A stretch of DNA of 64,000 bases from NCBI RefSeq assembly GCF_006345805.1, contig NC_043024.1, forward strand, positions 17,236,001 through 17,300,000, written 5' to 3'. Numbering within the stretch: the first letter of the stretch is position 1; every line of letters begins with the position of its first letter. Origin of the DNA: Octopus sinensis. Taxonomy: Eukaryota. Under the pieces are notes generated by a model, which worked only from the letters and a program-made list of their open reading frames with translations, had not been told where the DNA came from and did not search any database. The translations under genes and the position numbers were made by a program. Below are positions 13,697 to 26,992 of the stretch, piece after piece.

Positions 13697-13924
13697 AAGG
13701 CAATGAGCTGGCAGAAACGTTAGCACAACGGGCGAAATGCTTAGCGGTATTTCGTCTGCTGTTACGTTCTGAGTTCAAATTCCGCCGAGGTCGACTTTGC
13801 CTTTCATTCTTTCAGGGTTGATAAATTAAGTACTAGTTACGCACTGGGGTCGATATAGTTAACTTAATCTCTTTGTCTGTCCTCTCTCTGTTTAGCCCCT
13901 TGTGGGCAATAAAGAAATAAGAAA
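13697..13924 (+). mobile_element. SINE-M, full length
   Basis: GAGCTGGCAGAAACG box A, GAGTTCAAATTCC box B, Meta domain, GCCCCTTGTGGG tail. Confidence 0.9.
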
Positions 13925-14194
13925 GACATTAATCCCTATGCCTTCCTCCCAACTATTTTGTCGCTTGAAGGAGAAGTGCCCATAGCCTTCGTAAGTTCTC
14001 TGAGACTTGCAATGTTGGTGTTATTAAAGGTCCATTTAAATTGTTGAAGGTCAACACATGTAGGAAGCAGGTTTCAGTGAGATGATGTTGTAAGGGGGAA
14101 GGACTGGTTGTAATGATGAAAATAGATCCATGGAAGTTGGACACATTCAAAGAGACAAGAAAAGCAAAATGAGTGAGTGAGGAGTATCTGTGTA

Positions 14195-14455
14195 GGGGAG
14201 GTACTACCTTGAGTCAGTCATGCCGACTTATAAGGGCCAGTTTCTCATATTGCATGGCATATATATTCTCCACCTGGATGGGACAGCAATCTGTCGCAGG
14301 ATTACTCACTTTTGTCAGCTGAGTGGACTGGGCCAATGTGAAATGAGGTGTTTTGCTTAATAATACGATGCCTCACCCAGTCCAGGAATCGAAACCACAA
14401 CTTTATATTCATGATTCCAACTCCCTAACCATGAAGCCACACACCTCCACATAGG
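14195..14455 (-). mobile_element. SINE-V (tRNA head, V-like body, tail type 2)
   Basis: GTTTCGATTCC box B; CCCAGTCCACTCAGCTG body; tail related to 61965-62050. Confidence 0.7.
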
Positions 14456-14513
14456 AGGTGTGTTACATACAAAACTATGAGGAACAGAGGCCATTACAGT
14501 AGTGATCAAACAA

Positions 14514-14716
14514 GGCAGCAAGCTAGCAGAATCATACCGGGCGAAATGCTTAGTGGTATTTCGTCTGACTTCAAGTCCTGAGTTCAAATGCTGCCAGGGT
14601 CGACTTTGCCTTTTATCCTTTCGGGGTCGATAAATTAAGTACCAGTTACCCACTGGGTTAATGTAATCAACTGGTCCCCTTCCCCAGAATTTCAAGCCTT
14701 GTGCCTATAGTAGAAA
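14514..14716 (+). mobile_element. SINE-M
   Basis: Head, Meta domain and GCCTTGTGCCTATAGTAGAAA tail variant. Confidence 0.85.
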
Positions 14717-15436
14717 AGACTATAGTAGCAATCAAGAAAAAAAAAAGAAAGAGGAGACAACAAACTTGTGGGCCAGAGGATGGTGGTGCTACTGTTGTTA
14801 TGATGATTGTTGGTGGTGATGGGGATACTAGAGATTTAGGCAATGGTGGTGGTGGTGGGGTGGGGGAGTGGTGGGAGTGGTGTGTCACAACCGTTATGGC
14901 ACCAGGGTTGTCGGTTCTGCCTCCATGTCTTTTGACATCATTTCTTCAGTGGATGAAACATATACCAGTAATATCCCAAGGTCTGGGACTGAATAGTCGA
15001 TGCCCACCCCCCATTATCCCGTCCTTACTCCAGAATGTTGCGATGCCCACTATTGTTGTTGTTATCGTTATTGTTGTTGCTGTTGCTGCCATTTGAATGC
15101 AAAAAAGAAATGCCATCTGCATTGCTGCACCGAGTGTCTGCTGCATGTTGCACTGGAATAGCGAGGAACTCGGTAACACATAAATGCATTCATGTAAATG
15201 AGTTTTATATTTGTATATGCGTGGGTGATCGTGTGTATGGAAGTGGGGGGGGGTGAGAGCGGTGAATATGTTTGCATGTATGTATGTGTATTTGTGTGTA
15301 TGTGTGTGTATACATATGTACATACATGCACATACATATATATATATATATATATAATATATATATATATCTATATATATATATAACTCTATAACTTGTT
15401 TCAGCTTTAAAGCTGTGTCCATGCTGAGCCACCACC

Positions 15437-15483
<47 letters not shown>

Positions 15484-15785
15484 CCTATACAAGCCAGGAA
15501 AAGTGGATGTTAAATAACAACGGTGAAATATAGACAAAAATGTCCGTTTCCTTGTTTGATTTTATGTTTTCATTTCTCGTTGTGTTCTATGTTTATTTGT
15601 GGTGTCCTGTACTCATATATGGGTGTATACATACATATAGATGTAGGTATGTACATATATGTATGTATGTATGCATATGTTTTATTTATTAAATTGTTAT
15701 TATGTATATATATGCACTTATATTTACACATGCACACACACACACACACACATTTAAATATAAATATACACATACATACACTGCA

Positions 15786-15912
15786 TAACTGGTACTTATT
15801 TAACCGACCTCGAAAGGATGAAAAGCAACGTTGACCTCAGCGGAATTTGAACTCAGGACGTAACAGCAGACAAAATGCTAGGCATTTCACCCAGCGTGCT
15901 AACGATTCTCCC
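15786..15912 (-). mobile_element. SINE-M, partial
   Basis: Reverse-complement Meta domain and head. Confidence 0.75.
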
Positions 15913-16249
15913 AGCTTCCCACCCTCACACTGTCTCATATATCTACATATACAGACATACAGATACATGCTTCTATGCAGTTATAGATGCACCTGTATGC
16001 GACATTACATTTGCTGACACATACCAATGTACACACACTTTCATCTTTACAAACTCAAATGTAGAAACAGCCATGCAAACTTAAAAAAACACGAATGTAT
16101 ATGAGTCTACATGTGTGACTCTGTGTGTGTATGGATGTATATGTATATATTTACCTAAGTAAATCCAGTAGCATGTAAATCCTTATTATTGATAACATCA
16201 GGTAGCCAAATACAGGGAACAGGCTTTGAATAATATACTACAAAGTGTA

Positions 16250-16330
16250 CAGTAATCCCTCGACTATCACAAGTGTTACGTTCCGAGACTTCCCACGATA
16301 GGTGAAAATCCGCAAAGCAGAAACAGTACA
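16250..16330 (+). mobile_element. pogo/Tigger-like transposon end
   Basis: TA|CAGTAATCCCTCGACTATC terminus, truncated by SINE-A; second end absent. Confidence 0.55.
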
Positions 16331-16335
16331 TTTAT

Positions 16336-16420
16336 CTTTTACTTGTTTCAGTCATTTGACTGTGGTCATGCTAGAGTACTGCCTTTAGTCAAGCAAATTA
16401 GCCCCAGGTGTTATTCTTTG
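16336..16420 (-). mobile_element. SINE-A 3' fragment
   Basis: CTTTTACTTGTTTCAGTCATTTGACTG. Confidence 0.85.
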
Positions 16421-16422
16421 GA

Positions 16423-16599
16423 AGGTGCAGGAGTGGCTGTGTGCATAGGGGCAGGAGTGGCTGTGTGGTATGTAGCTTGCTTGCCAACTACATGGTTCCG
16501 GGTTCAAGTGTCTTCTACTATAGCCTCGGGCCAACCAAAGCCTTGTGAGTGGATTTGGTAGATGGAAACTGGAAGAAGCCCGTTGTATATATGCATAAT

Positions 16600-16635
<36 letters not shown>

Positions 16636-16832
16636 TGTGTCTGTACCCCCAACATCGCTTGACAACCGATGCTGATGTGTTTATGTCCCCGTAACTTAGC
16701 GGTTTGGCAAAAGAGACCGATAGAATAAATACTAGGTTTACAAAGAATAAGTCCTGGGGTCGATTTGTTTAACTAAAGGCAGTGCTCCAGCAAGGCCACA
16801 GTCAAATGACTGAAACAATTAAAAGAGTAAGA
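16423..16832 (+). mobile_element. SINE-A with a duplicated first 25 nt and an internal deletion
   Basis: GCAGGAGTGGCTGTGTG occurs twice at the start. Confidence 0.9.
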
Positions 16833-16841
16833 GTATATATA

Positions 16842-16880
<39 letters not shown>

Positions 16881-17072
16881 CAATGGGCTTCTTTCATATA
16901 TATTTAATTATTTTTATAATTTGTATATATTTATTTTATAATAAATGCAAAACAACACCACGAAGGAATCAAAAACCACAATAGGCGAACCTTGATATGG
17001 TGGGGATTATTGTATACCTGAATTGGAAATTATTACTTATGTATGTATGTATGCATGTGTGTATGTGTATCT

Positions 17073-17290
17073 TCTACTTGTTTCAGTCATTAGACTGTGG
17101 CCATGCTGCGGCACCACCTTGAAGAAGTTTAGTGGAATGAATTGATCCCGGTACTTTTCATTTTTTTAAATATTTTTTAAGCGTGGTACTTATTCTATCA
17201 GTCTCTTTTGCTGAACTGCTATGTTACAGGGACATAAACACACCAACACCAGTTGTCAAGCAGTGGTGGGGGACAAATACAGTCCCACAA
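17073..17290 (-). mobile_element. SINE-A 3' half (GCACCACCTTGAAG tail variant)
   Basis: Family motifs. Confidence 0.8.
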
Positions 17291-17752
17291 ATGCATGCAC
17301 ACACACACATATATATATATAGAATTAAGGGTCAGAACCTCCATAAAGTAATTCAATTAATACTGAAAGATATTATCTATACTATAATATAAATTTAAAT
17401 ATATCATTATTAACATTGTATTTAAAATTTCTATACTAAAATTAATAATACACATTAAAAAAATGCACATTAAAACGATGTGCGTTTTGTGACTATGTAT
17501 ACAAATCTACAGTATCAAAATCCATACTCTCAAAAGTTAATATTTCTTTGATCCAACGATACATAGCCACATATATATATATATATACACAGACATATAA
17601 ATGCATACACATGCTTATATATATTCATACACATACACACACATGCGTGCACACACAATTGCACACACACAGAGGTTCATCATACATTATACACTATAGC
17701 CATTTTCTTACTTTACACTGCTATTTTTTGCCAGTCAATCAATAGTGTAGAA

Positions 17753-17939
17753 CAGGGGTCTCCAAAGTGGCCGATATCGACCCTTGGAGGTTGATGGGAC
17801 TATTCAAGGTGTTGATAAATGCACGTCTTCTTAATTATTATCATTATTTATTTTCTTGTACATGCCTGGAGTGGGGAATTGATGAAGGTCCAAGGATTCC
17901 ATAAAGGGGTCGATAGTCTAAAAACTTTGGGGACCCCTG
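17753..17939. mobile_element. hAT-type MITE
   Basis: TIRs CAGGGGTCTCCAAAGT / ACTTTGGGGACCCCTG; 8-bp TSD GTGTAGAA/GTGTAGAG (7 of 8). Confidence 0.85.
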
Positions 17940-18079
17940 GTGTAGAGGCTTCCATGTTTGTTCTTAATTACAGGTAGTTATTGAATTACTGTATAGCAAG
18001 GATAGAGAAGAGAGAGAGAAACCCTACTTTCCCCTGGTAGGTTTGGACCAAGAATGAGGAATAGACATCTAAGAAGTAA

Positions 18080-18472
18080 AGGAGTGGCTGTGTGGTAAGT
18101 AGCTTGCTTAACAACCACATGGTTTCAGGTTCAGTCCCACAGCATGGCACTTTGGGCAAGTGCCTTCTACTATAGCCTCGGGCCAACCAAAGCCTTGTGA
18201 GTGGATTTGGTAGACGGAAACTGAAAGAAGCCCGTTGTATATCTGTATATATATACATGTGTGTGAGTATGTTTGTGTGTCTGTGTTTGTCGCCACAACA
18301 TTGCTTGAAACCAATGCTGGTGTGTTTATGTCCCCGTAACTTAGCGGTTCAGCAAAAGAGACCAATAGAATAAGTACTAGGTTTACAAAGAATAAGTCTT
18401 GGGCTCGATTTGCTTGACTAATGGTGGTACTTCAGCATGGCCACAGTCAAATGACTGAAACAAGTAAAAGAG
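18080..18472 (+). mobile_element. SINE-A
   Basis: Family motifs. Confidence 0.9.
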
Positions 18473-18504
18473 TAACAAGACAGAGAAACTTGCATCGCTT
18501 ACAA

Positions 18505-19177
18505 CAGTGTTTCTCAACCAGAGTTCCCTGAATCCCTTGGGTTCCACAAAAGGATCCTAGGGGTTCCGTGAGAAAGAGTGAGATAAACTAATGCTAATTT
18601 CATGATGGTAATATTACTACACACGCACAACATATTGTTTGTTATTGTAATATAGACATCATCCTATCTAACCTATTATGTTATCAAAAAAATATAATGG
18701 CAACGTATTAAAAAGAATTAGCAACAGAGGGCCACAAATCATCAGAAATCTAGCAATAGATGATAGGGCCAAACCATATGTCCATCAAAAACCCCGGATT
18801 ATGCTTAAGGGCCATAAACCTAACTTTCGTATCAACACCTCAATTAGATTGATTGGTCCTTCTAAATCCGATATTGGCATTATTAATAAAAAAAATCGTT
18901 GATAGGGTAATACCCGTCCTTAAGTCTAAAATTAGATTAGTCCTCTGGTCCGATACCCAAGAGGTGGTTGGGTGGTTTAAGCTTCTAGAAATTAATAAGG
19001 ATATTAAATTCTTGCAACTAGATATAGAGAGCTATTATGCCACTGTTAACCCAATCGTGAACTATGATGTAAAAATATGAGAAAGATATGGTATATAATT
19101 TCTTTTGTGCAGGGGTTCCTTGAAACATGTAATTTATTTTAAGGGTTACGCAAAGGTAAACAGGTTGAGAAACACTG
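18505..19177. mobile_element. hAT (Charlie-like) non-autonomous element
   Basis: Perfect 15-bp TIR CAGTGTTTCTCAACC; perfect 8-bp TSD GCTTACAA (18497-18504, 19178-19185); GGGGTTCC subterminal motifs. Confidence 0.95.
18678..19060 (+). pseudogene. Penelope-like reverse transcriptase fragment
   Basis: LKGHKPNF..IRLIGPSKSDIG..K/IVDRV..WSDTQEVVGWF..FLQLDIESYY; two ORFs joined by a frameshift at the A-run near 18890. Confidence 0.85.
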
Positions 19178-19244
19178 GCTTACAAGTACGGTTGTTAGCA
19201 AAACTTTGTAAACATATCACACCCTGACTTTTCTTATCTCCTTC

Positions 19245-19587
19245 ATGTTCCAGTCGTTAGACTGTGGCCATGCTGGGGCACTGCCTTGAAGATGTTTTAG
19301 TCAAATTAATCCACCCCAGTACTTACTTTTTTCTTTTTTAAGCCAGGAATTTATTATGTTACAGAGACGTAAACATATCGAGTGTCCAGCTGTAATGGGA
19401 AATGGGGACAAAGATACACACACATATGCAGATGACAGGCTTCTTTAAGTTACCATCTAGCATATCCACTCTCGAGGTTTTGGTCAACTTGAGGCTATAG
19501 TATAAGACTCATGCCCGAGGTGCCACACAGCATGACTGAACTCGGAACCATATGGTTGGGAAGCAAGCTTCATACCACACAGCCACG
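19245..19587 (-). mobile_element. Degenerate SINE-A
   Basis: Family motifs. Confidence 0.75.
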
Positions 19588-19966
19588 AACCAAATAAATA
19601 AACATTTTGTTGTTCCTACATCACGGTTCATACTTTGTGTTTTACTTTCTGTCACAGTCCACCAAGACTCCATTTCAATTTTTGTCTAAACTTTGTAAAC
19701 CTACCACACTCACCTGAAATGATGAATGGCTAGGTGGAGCAAGAGTAGAATAACCAAGTGAATATTAAATCAATGTATTTTATATTGGTCATCATAGTTT
19801 ACTACGTACATCACTGTCCAAACTTTGCTGACTCTTGACCACAAATCACATAAGTAATCTAGCAGAGAACCACAGATCTATTTATGTTTACTGCATACCA
19901 TAAAAACTATTAGCACAAAAGTCTTCAGAACTCAGTAACCTCCATATTTTGGAGAATGATTTATAT

Positions 19967-20130
19967 AGGCACAAGCATAGCTGTGTGGTAAGAAGCTTGC
20001 TTACCAACCACATGGTCCCAGGTTCAGTCCCACTGCATGACAACTTTGGCAAGTGTCTTCTACTATAGCCTCGGGGTGACCAAAATTATGTGAGTGAATT
20101 TGATAGACAGAAACTGAAAGAAGCTTGTTG
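19967..20130 (+). mobile_element. SINE-A head only
   Basis: Head to GAAAGAAGC. Confidence 0.8.
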
Positions 20131-20164
20131 TATGTATATATATCATCATCATCATTTAACGTCC

Positions 20165-20198
<34 letters not shown>

Positions 20199-20582
20199 GG
20201 CGCAGGAGTGGCTGTGTGGTAAGTAGCTTGCTAACCAACCACATGGTTCTGGGTTCAGTCTCACTGCGTGGCATCTTGGGCAAGTGTCTTCTGCTACAGC
20301 CCCGGGCCGACCAATGCCTTGTGAGTGGATTTGGTAGACGGAAACTGAAAGAAGCCCGTCGTATATATGTATATGTGTGTTTGTGTGTCTGTGTTTGTCC
20401 TCCCCAAATCGCTTGACAACCGATGCTGGTGTGTTTACGTCCCCGTCACTTAGCGGTTCGGCAAAAGAGACCGATAGAATAAGTACTGGGCTTACAAAGA
20501 ATAAGTCCCGGGGTCGATTTGCTCGACTAAAGGCGGTGCTCCAGCATGGCCGCAGTCAAATGACTGAAACAAGTAAAAGAGA
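20199..20582 (+). mobile_element. SINE-A, full length and CpG-rich (probably young)
   Basis: Family motifs with intact CpGs. Confidence 0.9.
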
Positions 20583-21133
20583 AAGAGAGAGAGAGAATAT
20601 ATACATATATATATCTATATATATATATATATATATTAGAAGAAATGAGGTAATCAGAACATCGGATGGTTCATATTTATAGATATTTATTTATATATTA
20701 CATTTTTTACATATATATATCATATCATTCAGATCATATCATTCAGATTATTAGCGCTTTCTCCCATTCTAGTGGGGTTTTCAAATCAAATTAATTCCTT
20801 TGTGGGGAATTTAATCATTTTATAGAGTTTCCTAGTTGTGGGGAGGAATAAGACAGTACAAGAGGGTGAAGTTGATGAGGAGGAAGTGAGAGAGAGAACA
20901 TGTGTGTATGTGTGTGTGTGTGTGTTTGTATCTGAGGCTAAAGAGAAAGAGGGGAAGGGAGAGGGAAGAAGAAGAAGGATTTCCTTTGGTCTGCTGGACC
21001 CCCAAGGGAGTTCTAAGAATTTTAGCCATTTGTCTATTTTGGTGTCACTGAGTGTGTGTTGGTGGGTAGGCAGTGCATAAATTACACCTTTTATGATTTT
21101 GAGGATGGTCAAATACCATTTTTATATATATAC

Positions 21134-21182
<49 letters not shown>

Positions 21183-21196
21183 CATATATATATATA

Positions 21197-21479
21197 TGTC
21201 ACGTTTTCTGTATTTTTGTTCGTGTACTTCGTTCGTTTTCCGTCCTCGTGTTGTATACATTCGAAGCTTTCTTCCAGGGGATCTAATGCGCTTGGCTTAG
21301 ATTTCCCTTGGCGGGCTGGCCATATCGGAGCAATCTCAAGATTAATCAGCCAAAATTGCTAAGATGATCTGGTTCTTGACTGATGACTGAGGGCTTCGAA
21401 TGTCCCGTCCTGTGGTTCTTGTGTCGTCTCTGTGGTGTTTCATGTTCTTGTCCATGTCTGTAATTATTTTTACTGTTTA

Positions 21480-21480
<1 letters not shown>
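21197..21480 (+). mobile_element. ~285-bp CpG-rich element embedded in (TA)n, unclassified
   Basis: Flanked by TA runs on both sides; GACTGA-GA-TGA-GGCTTCGAATG motif shared with 23927-23949 (minus). Confidence 0.5.
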
Positions 21481-21528
<48 letters not shown>

Positions 21529-21579
21529 TTATTTATATATTTATATATACATATATGTATGTGTGTGTATATATGTATA

Positions 21580-21790
21580 TGTGAGTCTCTGTTCGTCCCC
21601 CCAGAATCACTTGACAACCAATGCTGGTGTGTTTACGTCCCTGTAACTTAGCAGTTTGGCAAAAGAGACCGAAAGAATAAGTACGTACTAGGCTTACAAA
21701 TAATAAGTCCTCGTGTCGATTTGTTCGACTAAAGGCGGTGCTCCAGCATGACCACAGTCAAATGACTGAAACAAATAAAAGAATAAAAGA
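21580..21790 (+). mobile_element. SINE-A 3' half
   Basis: Family motifs. Confidence 0.85.
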
Positions 21791-21969
21791 ATATGTAGAC
21801 ATCATGTGGCTGAATGTTTAAGATCCCTTTGCAGACACTGGGTCCTGGGTTTGACCCCCACTGTGAACATTAAGGTGATGATGATTACCTCTGCCTGTGC
21901 ATGTATCTTTCTGTTTCTCTCTCTCTCTCTCTCTCTCTCTTTCTCCCTCTCTCTTTCTCTCTCTATATA

Positions 21970-22370
21970 CTTTCTCTTGTTTCTTTCATTTGACTGCGTC
22001 TATGCTGGAGCACTGCCTCTAGTCGAACAAATCGAACCCAGGAGTAATTCTTTGTAAGCCTAGTACTTACTCTATTGATCTCTTTTGCCGAACTGCTAGG
22101 TTACAGGGATGCAGACACACCAACACCTGTTGTCAAGTGATGGTGGGGAGACAAACAGACACACAAATACACGCACACATACATACATATATATATATAT
22201 ATATACATATGACAGTCTTCTTTCAGTTTCCGTCTACCAAATCCACTCACAAGGCTTTGGTTGGCCCAAGGCTATAGTAGAAGACACTTGTTCAAGGTGC
22301 CACACAGTGGGACTGAACCCAGATCCATGTGGTTGGGAAGCAAGCTTCTTGCAACACAGCCATTCCCATG

Positions 22371-22373
<3 letters not shown>
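21970..22373 (-). mobile_element. SINE-A
   Basis: Family motifs. Confidence 0.85.
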
Positions 22374-22412
<39 letters not shown>

Positions 22413-22420
22413 CATATCCT

Positions 22421-22628
22421 TTCTACTATAGGCACAAGGCCTGAAATTTGGGGGAAGGGGGCCAGTTGATTAGATCAACCCCAGTACACAACTGGTTTTT
22501 AATTTATTGAGGCAGAAAGGATGAAAGGCAAAGTCAACCTCTTTGGAATTTGAACTGAGAGCATAATGATGGACGAAATACCACTAAGAATTACCCTGGT
22601 GTGCTAAAGATTCTACCAGCTCACCTTA
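22421..22628 (-). mobile_element. SINE-M
   Basis: Reverse-complement head, Meta domain and tail. Confidence 0.8.
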
Positions 22629-22890
22629 AATATACGTATGTGTGTGTGTGTATATGTATATATATGTGTGTGTGTGTATGCATATAGATTTTTTCAATGA
22701 ATACGAATAACAAAGAAGAAATATATAAATAGTTATCAGGGTACTAAACATTCACATAAGTGCCAAAGATATTACAGCGTACTTATAAACATAGAAATTC
22801 GAGGGTTAAGCGAAATGTTTTTGTATGACATGATTTGAACAACACCTGTGTGTGACACCATTTCTTAATTGATATATATGTATGAGTGTA

Positions 22891-22929
<39 letters not shown>

Positions 22930-22944
<15 letters not shown>

Positions 22945-24059
22945 TACATACATACATGTGCACAGATATATACATTGCAAGATACCTGTGCCTATTCCTC
23001 TGTCATATTTCCCCCTCTCAGTACTTGGTATCATGCCAGTTTCCTCCCTCTACTACAACTCCATTCAGTGAAGGGTTTTTTGATTTTGTTCTTTTACCTT
23101 TGTCTTTCAAGTTACCTGATGACCTCACGTGTACTGATGGCATGGAAAATGTACCCAGTGCACTCAGAAAGCTGGATTATACCAAGAAGGGTATCCAGCT
23201 ATAGAAGCCATGCCAAAGCAGACATTAGGAGCTCAATGCGGGCCTCTGGCTTGCTGGATCCTGTTAAACCACCAAACTAGTAACAGCATAGAAGACAGAC
23301 ATTAAATGATGATGATGAAGACAGGCAGACAGGCAGACAGCTTGATGGACAGTTATGAAAATAGGGGAAACAGATTTAGTTATTTTTATGTCAGCCTAAT
23401 TGCTGTACTGCAGCTATTGGATGTCAAACAATAACACAGAGTACCTTGTCCCCTTACAAAAACTCAAGAGTACCCTTGTTCACTTTACAATAATACAGGG
23501 TACCATTGTCCTCTTACAATAACTGAAGGTACCACTGCAAACTTACAATAACACAAGGCTACCAATATCCATTCAGAGCACCCTGGTTTGCTTACAATAG
23601 TCTCTATCAAACTTTAATTTGGCTTTACTTTGTTTTACAAACCTTTTAGCGACAATCAATTCCATAACAAAAAACTTATTTGTCCATTTCGGCAGGTTGT
23701 TCTGATTATTTTGGGGTTAATCAATTTTGGCTGAAAATATGTGTGTAGGTATACACATATATTGATATACATTCGTCTCAGTGTATATATATATATATAT
23801 ATACACACATACACACACATACCTATATATATATATGTATGTATATGTTATATATATAATAATAAATGTTTTTATATATAATGAACGTGAAATACAGGAA
23901 GGGACGAACACGGAACACAGACAAATCATTCGAAGCCTTCAATCTTCAGTCAGACACCGAATCATCATAGCAAATTTCGGCATATATATATACATACATA
24001 TATGTGTATATATACATATATACCTATTATATATATATATATATGTATGTATATGTATA

Positions 24060-24093
<34 letters not shown>

Positions 24094-25296
24094 ATATATA
24101 TATATATACACACACACATATATATGTATATACATTTATGATATATATAAATATGTATATATATATATATAATATATATAATATATATATATATATATAA
24201 CACACACACACACACACATACATACATACATGTGCACAGATATATACATTGCAAGATACCTGTGCCTATTCCTCTGTCATATTTCCCCCTCTCAGTACTT
24301 GGTATCATGCCAGTTTCCTCCCTCTACTACAACTCCATTCAGTGAAGGGTTTTTTGATTTTGTTCTTTTACCTTTGTCTTTCAAGTTACCTGATGACCTC
24401 ACGTGTACTGATGGCATGGAAAATGTACCCAGTGCACTCAGAAAGCTGGATTATACCAAGAAGGGTATCCAGCTATAGAAGCCATGCCAAAGCAGACATT
24501 AGGAGCTCAATGCGGGCCTCTGGCTTGCTGGATCCTGTTAAACCACCAAACTAGTAACAGCATAGAAGACAGACATTAAATGATGATGATGAAGACAGGC
24601 AGACAGGCAGACAGCTTGATGGACAGTTATGAAAATAGGGGAAACAGATTTAGTTATTTTTATGTCAGCCTAATTGCTGTACTGCAGCTATTGGATGTCA
24701 AACATAACACAGAGTACCTTGTCCCCTTACAAAAACTCAAGAGTACCCTTGTTCACTTTACAATAATACAGGGTACCATTGTCCTCTTACAATAACTGAA
24801 GGTACCACTGCAAACTTACAATAACACAAGGCTACCAATATCCATTCAGAGCACCCTGGTTTGCTTACAATAGTCTCTATCAAACTTTAATTGGCTTTAC
24901 TTTGTTTTACAACCTTTTAGCGACAATCAATTCCATAACAAAAAACTTATTTGTCCATTTCAGCAGGTTGTTCTGATTATTTTGGGGTTAATCAATTTTG
25001 GCTGAAAATATGTGTGTAGGTATACACATATATTGATATACATTCGTCTCAGTGTATATATATATATATATATACACACATACACACACATACCTATATA
25101 TATATATATGTATGTATATGTATATATATATAATAATAAATGTTTTTATATATAATGAACGTGAAATACAGGAAGGGACGAACACGGAACACAGACAAAT
25201 CATTCGAAGCCTTCAATCTTCAGTCAGACACCGAATCATCATAGCAAATTTCGGCATATATATATACATACATATATGTGTATATATACATATATA

Positions 25297-25338
<42 letters not shown>

Positions 25339-25442
25339 CATATATATATCTATATATATACATGACATATCTATCAAAATATATACATATATATACACAC
25401 ACACATATATATGTATATACATTTATGATATATATAAATATG

Positions 25443-25500
<58 letters not shown>
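22930..25500. repeat. Near-identical tandem duplication, period about 1274 bp
   Basis: GATACCTGTG at 22981 and 24255; junctions lie in CA/TA microsatellites; each unit holds a degenerate SINE-C. Confidence 0.95.
23429..23600. repeat. Diverged ~29-bp minisatellite, about 6 units (copy at about 24700-24870)
   Basis: CAATAACACAGGGTACCnTTGTCCnCTTA-like units. Confidence 0.8.
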
Positions 25501-25630
25501 GTATATATAAACACAAACACACACATCATTTTACTGTTCACTTTCCTCCATGCAAACACACACACACACACTCACACGTATGTATGAGTGTGTGAATCTG
25601 CCAATCTACTTCCCTCCAACCTATATATAC

Positions 25631-25698
25631 CTGCTGCTATTTTCGGATTTCCCCTCAATCACCAATGTCATCTCATCTGTTGCCTGACCAATGTTGTT
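25631..25698 (-). other. Candidate 68-nt exon NNIGQATDEMTLVIEGKSENSS
   Basis: gttttcag| acceptor, CAG|gtatat donor; resembles the end of an Ig I-set domain (N.G.A...L.I.G) but the upstream Cys motif is absent. Confidence 0.15.
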
Positions 25699-25939
25699 CT
25701 GAAAACTTTCAAAAGTGATCCCTTGTTCTGCTTGCACTTACAACAGACTTAGCCCTCCCCCCACCTCATCTGTAACAAATGATTTATCTTTCTCTCCCTA
25801 CCTTTCTACATCAACATGTACAGGTGTCTCTTTTATTTCCTTGCTTCTCTCTGTCTCCCTCTCCCTCTCTCCCTCTCTCCTTAGATTTGAACTTCAAAAT
25901 AGATTCCGTGTGTGTGTGTGTGTGTATGTATATATACCC

Positions 25940-26153
25940 TCTTTACTCTTTACTCTTTTACTTGTTTCAGTCATTTGACTGTGGCCATGCTGGAGCACCG
26001 CCTTTAGTAGAGCAAATCAACCCCAGGACTTATTCTTTGGTAGCCTAGTACTTATTCTGTCGGTCTCTTTTGCTGAATAGCTAAGTTACGGGGACGTAAA
26101 CACACCAGCATCGGTTGTCAAGCGATGTTGAGGGGACAAACACAGACACATAA

Positions 26154-26198
<45 letters not shown>

Positions 26199-26322
26199 CA
26201 TATATATATGATGGGCTATAGTAGAAGACACTTGACTTGCCCAAGCTGCCACGCAGTGGGAATGAACCTGGAACCATGTGGTTGGTAAGAAAGCTACTTA
26301 CCACACAGCCACTACTGCGCCT
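25940..26322 (-). mobile_element. SINE-A with an internal deletion
   Basis: Family motifs. Confidence 0.85.
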
Positions 26323-26355
26323 ATATATATATTATATATATTATATATATATTAT

Positions 26356-26775
26356 ACTCTTACTCTTTACTCTTTACTCTTTTACTTGTTTCAGTCATTT
26401 GACTGTGGCCATGCTGGAGCACCGCCTTTAGTCAAGCAAATCGACCCCGGGACTTATTCTTTGTAAGCCCAGTACTTATTCTATCGGTCTCTTTTTGCCG
26501 AACCGCTAAGCGACGGGGACGTAAACACACCAGCATCGGTTGTCAAACAATGTTAGGGGGACAAACACAGACACACAAACACACACACGCATATATATAT
26601 ATACATATATACGACGGGCCTCTTTCAGTTTCCGTCTACCAAATCCACTCACAAGGCTTTGGTCGGCCCGAGGCTATAGTAGAAGACACTTGCCCAAGGT
26701 GCCACGCAGTGGGACTGAACCTGGATCCATGTGGTTGCTTAGCAAGCTACTTACCACACAGCCACTCCCGCGCCT
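26356..26775 (-). mobile_element. SINE-A, full length
   Basis: Family motifs. Confidence 0.9.
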
Positions 26776-26862
26776 ATTATATATATATATATATATATAT
26801 TTACTAATATTTTCCTGTTTCCATCACCTTACCTATATATATATATATATATACTATATATA

Positions 26863-26992
26863 AAAAATTTTATAATTATAAACATAAGATATGGTAATAG
26901 GACTATTTAACTGCTATTTCTAAATTTTGGTATATGGTGAAGCAATATTGTTATACCCTAATTATAATTATGTTTATGATTATAAAATTTTT
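26863..26992. repeat. AT-rich fold-back element with 25-bp inverted ends
   Basis: AAAAATTTTATAATTATAAACATAA vs TTATGTTTATGATTATAAAATTTTT (1 mismatch). Confidence 0.75.

Noticed and set aside
21380-21402. CUGAUGA-N11-GAAUG motif (also 23927-23949 minus and its duplicate) as a hammerhead
   Set aside because: GAAU instead of GAAA, and I cannot form stem I; kept only as a repeat-family motif.
23429-23600. CRISPR-like array
   Set aside because: Units abut without unique spacers, eukaryotic context, no cas genes; it is a minisatellite.
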